Origin: Obrimoposthia wandeli | Lineage: Eukaryota | Length of the DNA stretch: 64,000 bases | Assembly (NCBI GenBank): GCA_977020255.1 | Contig: CDROCS010005637.1 | Location: forward strand, 1-64,000 | Direction: 5' to 3' | Shown here: one piece after another, positions 56,996 to 64,000 of the stretch | Layout: each line of letters starts with the position of its first letter | Numbering within the stretch: the stretch's first letter is position 1 | Made by a program: the position numbers and the translations under genes | Notes under the pieces: model-generated | Seen by the model: the letters and a program-made list of their open reading frames with translations, nothing else | Told to the model about the DNA's origin: nothing | Databases searched by the model: none

Positions 56996-59900
56996 TGGCT
57001 GCCAACAAAAAAAACTACCGTGACATCCCTGCAAATTATTATCTCTTTGGTTGTTATTTTCCATCAACAGAAGGGGAAGGTGGTACAAACACTTTTCCTA
57101 CATGGAGTACTGAAGCCGATCTTACTGGTGAACTTTTACTTAAAAACATCAAACCTTTAGTCAATATGCCAATAGCCGTCAATCTTGATTCATCTAAACC
57201 GGCACTGTGGGGAACGAATGAAGTAGGCCAACTTATGGTACTCTCAAATAAAAGGGAGAAAGTAAACAAAATAACGGTCGTTAAAAACAGTGATAGCAAA
57301 GATACAGCTGGTCCAAAACCAGCTGATGAATATATTGCTTTACGCAAAGAAAGTCCCGTTAACAGTCTAGTGGAAGAGCAATATAAGCTTTCCTTCCCAC
57401 CACTAACGTTGCTTGCAAGTCTCGCGACGATTAACAAAACCAGTGCTGATATTTGTAGTCAGCTGGCTGGAATAGTTAAAACCATCGGTTTACCTTCTTC
57501 GCCAAGTACGAATTCTCTTAGCAGTGCTTACACCTTAACGACTATTTCACTGAATCAATTAGCCGAAGAAATAAAATCGGATGGAAATGGTTATTTGAAA
57601 CCAGAAGACAAAACGTATAACGATTGGCGCAACAAAATGGTCGAAAAGGGACTTCCTATTAAGGGGTTCTTGTTACCTCAGGTGCATTGCTGTGCGGTAG
57701 TGTTCTCGCATAAAGAGTATAGCGGTGCAAAGGTTACGTTGCAAAAGATGCACGTTAACGAGAATGGTGATACTGAATTAATTTTAGTGGGAGAGTCACA
57801 GTCTGTGTCGGTTAAAGAGGGCGGGGATCCTCAACGCCCTTGCGCAGTGTTCAACCTTGACCCCATCGCTTTTAATGAAGGTATATATAGTATTAATGTT
57901 TACTTTGATCCGGTTAATTATGATGATGATATCCCTGACTGGATAGCTAAAGCCAATATTACCGAAAATAATGTAGATGGCGATATCTCATATGAATACA
58001 CCTTACGTGAACAGATCAGTTTTCACCAAAGCACGCCAGTAGGAAAAATTGCCATTGTTTGTGGTGATATGATCTCGTTGGAAGAAAGTTTGATTTATCA
58101 ATTTCCGCAAGAACTTGCTGCAATGGAAAAATATATTACTGATAGTTCTTCAAAAAATACCGCGAAAGAGTCACTGGGTCAGCAAAGTATAGGTTTATTA
58201 AAAGCCATCAGTAAAACTGCAGGAAGTGAACTCCATAGCATGAGTAGTACTGGCTTTAATAAATACAGCCGCGATTTTAATAGTGAATCATTTATAAATA
58301 TAAGTAAGACTTTTTGGGGGGAGTTAGATCAAAAGAACTTACCAGACTCCATGGTCGCATCAGCAGAATTGGTATTTGGTATTCAAGCCATCCCCGCTGC
58401 TTTGAAAGAGCTTAAAACAAAAATAAGATTAGAAGGCAATGCGCGTTATACGACGCCAATGCGGGTCGAACATTTCTTACGTGCAAATGTTATTAATATA
58501 AAAGCAATAAATGAAGAGATTACAAGCGTTAGGAGTTTGCTGAGCTCAGATGGAAAATATAAAACACTTGTAACTAAAATTGCACCTGATTGGTTCTTTA
58601 ATTTCTCATCGAAAATGGGTAATTCACTTCCCGCTATTACTACACTAACCAGTATGTCAGATTTTTATAGTGAATATAAAAACATGCAAGGGAAACAAGT
58701 GAATGCAAAAGACAATAAAACGACGTTTGAAGATATAGCGACAGATTATCTTGGTAAAGTTCCTGTGTGGACTACTGAACAAAAATCACCACTCGAGAAA
58801 CTAAATCAAGTCGTTGGTGAATTTAATGACACAAACAATAGTGTTATAGAATCCGATGCTGTCAAAGTTGTAGATAGTGCTGTAATCAAAGGTGATGAAC
58901 GCGGATTAGCTGCATACATCCAGTTTCATTTTAACGAAACACAAGAAACACTCGAAACGGAACAAAGCAAAACGCTTATTGGTCAAGTTGCTGAATTGGT
59001 TAAAGAAAATAAAGATATTATTGTTGAAATTGACGCTCATGCCTGTCAAGTCGGTCAACAAGATCAAAATGAAAAAGTGGCAAAAGACAGAGCATTAAAT
59101 ACCCAAAATGCGTTTCTAGCGCTTCTCCCCGAAGGGCACGAAAAACAATTTGTTGTTAATAGTTTTGGTGAGAGTAAACCTATTGTTGATGGTGATGATG
59201 CTTATACAGCAGAAAATAGAGCTGATCGAGCTGCTGTAGCGGCCAATCGTCGCGTTGAAATTCGTGTGTATTTGCCTGTTTTCTCTTTGATTTTTCCTCC
59301 TAGTCGTACCGGAAGTAAAGCGCTAGAAAAAGCACGTTTAGTGTACGTTCTTTCATTATTAGATATCAGTGAAGCACAAAAGAAACTCATGTTAACCGCA
59401 TTGCAGGGCGTTATGGGTGTAGCATCTTTTGTTCCAATATTAGCGCCTTTTGTCGCAGGTGTTATGCTAGCACAAGTTGCCGTTGGGATTGCTGAGTCAG
59501 GTATCAGCTTAGTTGACGATTTACTTTTTGAAAACCAGTTAAAAAACTTGAGAAAGAACAGCAAGAAAGAAGATCATTTAAGTGCATTAGCTAAAATTAA
59601 TTTTCGTATGTTGAACGACGTAAAAGATATTAATACTTCTTTAATGGGAGAGTTTACAAGTTATGACGATCTTAAAGCACATCTAAAGAAACCAAATGTT
59701 CAGAAGGAACTACTGAAACGTTATAAACTTCGTGCACTTTCCATGAATGGTCTTATGTTAATCATTCTGCATATCTCCAATAAGCACGGACAACATATAA
59801 CTCAAGAACTCGTGAATAAATACAAACTTGAAGAGTATATTCAACGTTATATCATGAGTGACGATTGGTCTGTTATGGCCGGCCAGAGAGGTCTGGCGCA

Positions 59901-61698
59901 ATGGTGGATAGCAAGCATTGAAAGCGTGCCTAGAATGAGAGGCTCTTCAGTCCATAAACACGGTAATGTTACTGGTGCGTTTAATAAGATATTTCCAATT
60001 CAGACAAAGTTGTTTGAACAAGACTTCGCGCAAGAAAATAAAGATATGTTCACTCAATTTGTGAATAATTTTAATATTAGCCAAAGAGATTTACTTGCAA
60101 AGGATATTGGATTTTCTCGCATGCTTATTTGCGATCCAAATGGTACTAAATGGGAAACCTATACAAATTGGCTTAAGTCTGGTCTCTCTAACAGGCTTAG
60201 TCCCTTTCATAAAATAAAGTGGCAGATTGTATTAACTAAAGAGGCATCAGAAATTAGTGCCGATGCATTTTTCGTTGATATTAATTATCAAAGAAAAGAC
60301 ATCCTTGATGTTATTGGTCCCTCTTTTGAAGCCCTGTTTTTCCCTCATTCTGTGAATGATTTTTCTGATGATTGTGATAACGAGATTAAAACTTATTATA
60401 ATAATCAAGATAAAAGTTCATTACTAGCAGTCGAATTTGACCCTTCATATTGGTTTGGCGAACACTGTATCAGTGGAATGAAGCCTTTAATGTCAAAGGC
60501 TGACTTTGACATGGCAGATTTCTTTTGGTCTATGCAAGCATTTTTTACCGATTCGAAATCTGGTTTCGATCGTTATGTTGAGGAAGGTCGACTAAGACAA
60601 ATGCGTTATCAGTTTAACTTAGTGACCAAGTCTAACAACAAGATCCCACTATCTTATAGTATTAAATATCCAAAATATAAGCAGATGCGTTACGGCGTCC
60701 ATGATAATAGAGCTGCTAATATAAATTATTACGATGGCGCATTTAATTTATCAAGGAAAATTAGTGAATCCGATTTACTTGTAGAAAACTTCGTGATGTC
60801 AACTAAAGCTACAAAATCTCATTCTCACTCTGTGTTGGAAGATGTAGGCTTTACTTCAATTGCTATTGAATATGATCATCAATTAACCATGCTTAAAGAC
60901 GACGTCGAATTGAATCAATTCGATTGGTCCGCTGAAAAACCTGCTTCAGTTTATATTATGTTGGTAGGTAAGAAGGTTGCCAAAGAGGACTATATAAAAT
61001 ACAGCCAAGAGTGGGATGAAGTCGCAGTTAGTATGCAGCTAGCCTTGTCTAAAGAAGCGGGTGCCTTTGAAGCCACGAGTGGCCAATATGCAGGCCCTAC
61101 TTATCATACCGATATGCACTATATCGGAGAACTATCTTATTCTGAATACAATGATAATTCGAACAACAAGTATGACGGAAATAAAGATGTTTATATTGAA
61201 ATTTATAATGACAAATTACAAGTTCCAAAGGAGTTCAATGAATTTGTCAAACAATCGAAAGATAGAATGAACTCAGTAGATCATGAGCTTGGAACCGCTA
61301 ATGATAACTTCCACGTGTATGTGATGAAGTTTGATCTGTTTTATATTTCTCCTACTGGTAAGAAAATATCAGGTCTACGTCCATTTGGTGATATAAAATT
61401 GGGTGATAGAATTGCTGATACATTCTTGTCTTTTGTTCACCTTAGTCAATCTAACACTGACAAAGTGACTGAATATATATTGCCAACATCAAATTTCAAA
61501 CTACCAAAACATTATTTTAGGACTTCAACCCCTTGGGGGAACGAGGTCCTCGGTGTGATTGAAGATAAACGTATAGACAGGAAAGCCGCAACTTATTACA
61601 ACAGCCTTGATGATAAATCTCAAAATGACTGGCAAGACAAATGGATTAAAGATTATCCGACAAATGTAAACGCGCCAAAACCAGCATCTATGGGCTAG
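56995..61698 (+). CDS. Large OmpA_C-domain T6SS toxin, VP1390-like
   Basis: 1567 aa; central OmpA-like domain (IQFHFNE..HAC..KDRA..SFGESKP..NRRVEI) followed by a hydrophobic hairpin. Same three-gene context as the Vibrio binary effector module. Confidence 0.7.
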   Translation: MAANKKNYRDIPANYYLFGCYFPSTEGEGGTNTFPTWSTEADLTGELLLKNIKPLVNMPIAVNLDSSKPALWGTNEVGQLMVLSNKREKVNKITVVKNSDSKDTAGPKPADEYIALRKESPVNSLVEEQYKLSFPPLTLLASLATINKTSADICSQLAGIVKTIGLPSSPSTNSLSSAYTLTTISLNQLAEEIKSDGNGYLKPEDKTYNDWRNKMVEKGLPIKGFLLPQVHCCAVVFSHKEYSGAKVTLQKMHVNENGDTELILVGESQSVSVKEGGDPQRPCAVFNLDPIAFNEGIYSINVYFDPVNYDDDIPDWIAKANITENNVDGDISYEYTLREQISFHQSTPVGKIAIVCGDMISLEESLIYQFPQELAAMEKYITDSSSKNTAKESLGQQSIGLLKAISKTAGSELHSMSSTGFNKYSRDFNSESFINISKTFWGELDQKNLPDSMVASAELVFGIQAIPAALKELKTKIRLEGNARYTTPMRVEHFLRANVINIKAINEEITSVRSLLSSDGKYKTLVTKIAPDWFFNFSSKMGNSLPAITTLTSMSDFYSEYKNMQGKQVNAKDNKTTFEDIATDYLGKVPVWTTEQKSPLEKLNQVVGEFNDTNNSVIESDAVKVVDSAVIKGDERGLAAYIQFHFNETQETLETEQSKTLIGQVAELVKENKDIIVEIDAHACQVGQQDQNEKVAKDRALNTQNAFLALLPEGHEKQFVVNSFGESKPIVDGDDAYTAENRADRAAVAANRRVEIRVYLPVFSLIFPPSRTGSKALEKARLVYVLSLLDISEAQKKLMLTALQGVMGVASFVPILAPFVAGVMLAQVAVGIAESGISLVDDLLFENQLKNLRKNSKKEDHLSALAKINFRMLNDVKDINTSLMGEFTSYDDLKAHLKKPNVQKELLKRYKLRALSMNGLMLIILHISNKHGQHITQELVNKYKLEEYIQRYIMSDDWSVMAGQRGLAQWWIASIESVPRMRGSSVHKHGNVTGAFNKIFPIQTKLFEQDFAQENKDMFTQFVNNFNISQRDLLAKDIGFSRMLICDPNGTKWETYTNWLKSGLSNRLSPFHKIKWQIVLTKEASEISADAFFVDINYQRKDILDVIGPSFEALFFPHSVNDFSDDCDNEIKTYYNNQDKSSLLAVEFDPSYWFGEHCISGMKPLMSKADFDMADFFWSMQAFFTDSKSGFDRYVEEGRLRQMRYQFNLVTKSNNKIPLSYSIKYPKYKQMRYGVHDNRAANINYYDGAFNLSRKISESDLLVENFVMSTKATKSHSHSVLEDVGFTSIAIEYDHQLTMLKDDVELNQFDWSAEKPASVYIMLVGKKVAKEDYIKYSQEWDEVAVSMQLALSKEAGAFEATSGQYAGPTYHTDMHYIGELSYSEYNDNSNNKYDGNKDVYIEIYNDKLQVPKEFNEFVKQSKDRMNSVDHELGTANDNFHVYVMKFDLFYISPTGKKISGLRPFGDIKLGDRIADTFLSFVHLSQSNTDKVTEYILPTSNFKLPKHYFRTSTPWGNEVLGVIEDKRIDRKAATYYNSLDDKSQNDWQDKWIKDYPTNVNAPKPASMG

Positions 61699-61750
61699 AT
61701 GTTATCAATCTCAGGGTCATCATATAGCTCTGAGGTTAGTATCACCCCCC

Positions 61751-62059
61751 TCGTTATTTTGACAGTTTTGAAGAGACAGTTAAATATGCCGCGTTACACG
61801 GTGTGAGTAAATCAGTACTTTCGGCATTCTATAACACTGACGATTTCAAGTCTGGCGCACTTAAGGCTGTTAATTTAGGGGACTATGCTGATATTACGGG
61901 TGCGATTTATGGGCAACTGGCAGGTGCGTTTATGGCGAAAGAGTCATTCCATTTAAGTGGGCAAGAAAAATAGCGGAAGCACATGTGTTTTATATGAAAG
62001 CGGAAGAGCTAAGAGACGTTGTTTTGAGTAAGCGTCGAGATCGACATTATTATAAATAG
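61751..62059 (+). pseudogene. Decayed second ARH paralogue (3' part only)
   Basis: Matches 53104-53641 (82/100 nt over the segment I aligned) with two internal deletions, a 1-nt frameshift (GCGTTT vs GCGTTTT) and EDADT changed to DYADI. Confidence 0.88.
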
Positions 62060-62132
62060 CACGTTGGTCAATAATAAAGTTGTATTCAGCAGTAGGGTCA
62101 CTGCCGAATACAAGGATTAAGATTTATCGCTA

Positions 62133-62618
62133 TTAATATACGGCTTTAATCTTTTTCACAAAATCACCCGCTTTACGCGTAGTGTAGTGACCTGCATTTG
62201 TAATGAGGGCTTCATCATCGATTGAAAAATCTGAACTTGTATCAGAAAAATCAGCTTTTGGTTTAACAATGATCTCATTTAAGTTTGCTATTTCTTCTTT
62301 ATAATCAGCATCAGACGCACAAATCTTAGCAAGCGCACCTAATGTGCTAACGGTACGATCTCCGCCTTGGCTGATTACCCATTCAGACTTATAACGTTTT
62401 TTGGTAATCGCGTCTTTGTTTGCTTTGATCATATCTTTGTATTCATCCCATGCAACATTGACTTCTAAGTCATCGTTACCACAGGCTGCAATAGTTTTAG
62501 TTATTGCGGATTTAATGTTTGTTTCGGCTGCTCGAATTGCTTTTTTATCTTTTACGCCTGCAGTTGCAGTTACACTAACTGATGCGATTAATAAACCTAA
62601 AACTATTTTATTTTTCAT
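62133..62618 (-). CDS. Secreted hypothetical protein with a two-Cys domain
   Basis: Start MKNK at 62618 after GGAAG, Sec signal peptide and C..W..C.SD.DY..EI motif. Confidence 0.7.
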   Translation of the reverse strand: MKNKIVLGLLIASVSVTATAGVKDKKAIRAAETNIKSAITKTIAACGNDDLEVNVAWDEYKDMIKANKDAITKKRYKSEWVISQGGDRTVSTLGALAKICASDADYKEEIANLNEIIVKPKADFSDTSSDFSIDDEALITNAGHYTTRKAGDFVKKIKAVY

Positions 62619-62659
62619 ATCTACTTCCATTGTAATTTGCTTGTATTTAAGGATATTGC

Positions 62660-63442
62660 TTACAGTACATCGATAAGATCGGTGTAACTTGTTTCGGTCA
62701 CATTGGGGGCACTTTTTGTAAGTGAAATCATAAGTTCTTTGCTATTTCGGGTAATGCTATTAACGCCTGATTTTTGTGAGGCTTTAACGGTAAGCTTATC
62801 GATACTTTGTATTTCTGTTTGGTAATCTTTATCTTGCTCGCAAAGATCCGACAGTGAGTTTAAATAGTTAGATAGCATACCTGGTGTTGTCTTTTCATCT
62901 ATTTTTTCAAAACTGTTCCAGTCTATATCAATACTTAAACTAGAATTGCAGGTATCTGAAAATAGGTTCTGAGCCTGTTCAATTTGTTTTTTTGCGGCGA
63001 TTTTACTTTCTGTCAGGCCTTGACGCTCTTGGTATTTAGTTTGGAGTTTACGTGGACTAGCAATATCTGCAGCGCCGCTATAAACCATGTTGGTCATTGG
63101 CTTATTTGCTAAGTAAACTTGGACTGTCGGTACGTGATTACCACTCTGCAATGTGTACTTTGTATTGTTTCTAAAGTTAACTTTATTAGAACCGGCAAGT
63201 AGGTAATGGTAACCATCTTCAATATTATTGCTATTTGGTAATTTTTTATAAAGACGTGTTTGACCATCAATTTCATGTTCAAAGCCATTAAATTGTAATA
63301 AATAATGGCCTGCTTGTTGAGTCGGAGCGACGAGTACTTGTGCGTTAAAATCTGCACCTATACTGTTATATAATTTTGGCGCTTCTGCTGCTATTGCTGA
63401 GGTTGATAATAATGCCATTAAAAATGAAGCTGAGGTTTTCAA
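62660..63442 (-). CDS. Secreted hypothetical protein whose C-terminal domain is paralogous to the adjacent gene
   Basis: TTG start after AAGGGA, signal peptide ..TSAIA and C..W..C.QD.DY..EI motif. Confidence 0.7.
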   Translation of the reverse strand: MKTSASFLMALLSTSAIAAEAPKLYNSIGADFNAQVLVAPTQQAGHYLLQFNGFEHEIDGQTRLYKKLPNSNNIEDGYHYLLAGSNKVNFRNNTKYTLQSGNHVPTVQVYLANKPMTNMVYSGAADIASPRKLQTKYQERQGLTESKIAAKKQIEQAQNLFSDTCNSSLSIDIDWNSFEKIDEKTTPGMLSNYLNSLSDLCEQDKDYQTEIQSIDKLTVKASQKSGVNSITRNSKELMISLTKSAPNVTETSYTDLIDVL

Positions 63443-63773
63443 AATAAAATCCCTTTCAATTTAGGTTACCAGCTAAATCAATCTATACATCCGGTATATA
63501 TCGAAAGCCAAATCATGGTTACTATTATAACGAGTGAAAATGCCAATAAACAATCATCTAAAGGTATGAATTTAGTACTAAATTGTGGTCATATTAAGTG
63601 TTGTGATAAACACCATATTTATTAGACCATCATGCATATTTTGACGTTGTAAATCGATCGCTTCTAGTCTGGTCATTCACTTAATTATTGAGTTCGTGAC
63701 AGGACCTACCCAGAGTGATGATTCTGCATAGCGCCTTAGATTTTAATGCTTAAAAACGCCCAGGAGGTGCTTG

Positions 63774-64000
63774 TTATTTGGCTGTTTGACTAGAAAAAGC
63801 TTGGTTGGCTAAGTTATGTTTACCGCTGATTAAATCTTCTAATGAACCAGTCTCTTTATCTACTAGGCCAATTTCTTTTAGCATATTGTCGACTAATGGC
63901 GCATTTGCGCGGTAATTAAGTGCTGCTGAAGTCACTTGTTCAGATAGGCTTAAAGGACTTGATTGCTGGTTGTCGTTACCGGCGGTCATGACTTGATTAG
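63774..64000 (-). CDS. 3' end of a flotillin/SPFH family protein (YqiK-like), partial
   Basis: Frame open to the window edge; LSEQVTSAALNYRANAPLVDNMLKEIGL resembles the flotillin-like C-terminal motif. Confidence 0.6.
   Translation of the reverse strand, partial: NQVMTAGNDNQQSSPLSLSEQVTSAALNYRANAPLVDNMLKEIGLVDKETGSLEDLISGKHNLANQAFSSQTAK

Noticed and set aside
9454-61270. Numerous 60-170-aa overlapping or antisense ORFs in the track
   Set aside because: They lie within well-supported longer genes and lack RBSs or motifs.
1-64000. rRNA, tRNA, transposase, integrase or prophage genes
   Set aside because: None recognisable in the window.

Overview
AT-rich marine gammaproteobacterial chromosome segment. 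Gene content and style suggest a Moritella/Psychromonas-like host, but that is a guess. There are three blocks. (1) 1-12.1 kb is an accessory redox/detox patchwork: pecM/pecS with an operator array, MerR plus oxidoreductase, a SnoaL-hydrolase fusion with LysR, a LysR/OYE deletion scar, AhpD-like, AraC, transglutaminase, MBL hydrolase, a yqfB pseudogene, a lone degenerate integron attC directly upstream of a GC-richer selO, and YgjV-like. (2) 12.7-18.1 kb is a compact respiratory operon, ccoN-ccoO-ccoP(four hemes, fused to cytochrome c4)-sorA-sorB(two hemes). It puts a cbb3 oxidase and a sulfite dehydrogenase in one operon and is followed by tehB. (3) 19-61.7 kb is a complete T6SS with gene order like Vibrio parahaemolyticus T6SS2: ppkA, tagH, tssJKLM, tagF, pppA, tssA, tssB, two tssC, tagJ, tssEFG, clpV, hcp, vgrG, PAAR. 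The effector tail contains two accessory genes, a PD-(D/E)xK nuclease effector with Imm49, an orphan Tri1-like ADP-ribosylhydrolase, a VP1388/1389/1390-like MIX binary module and a decayed second ARH copy. The window ends with two paralogous secreted proteins and the 3' end of a flotillin-like gene. Top leads are the sulfite-oxidising cbb3 operon with tetraheme CcoP and an unnamed 108-aa N-terminal module shared without gaps by two unrelated T6SS cargo proteins.
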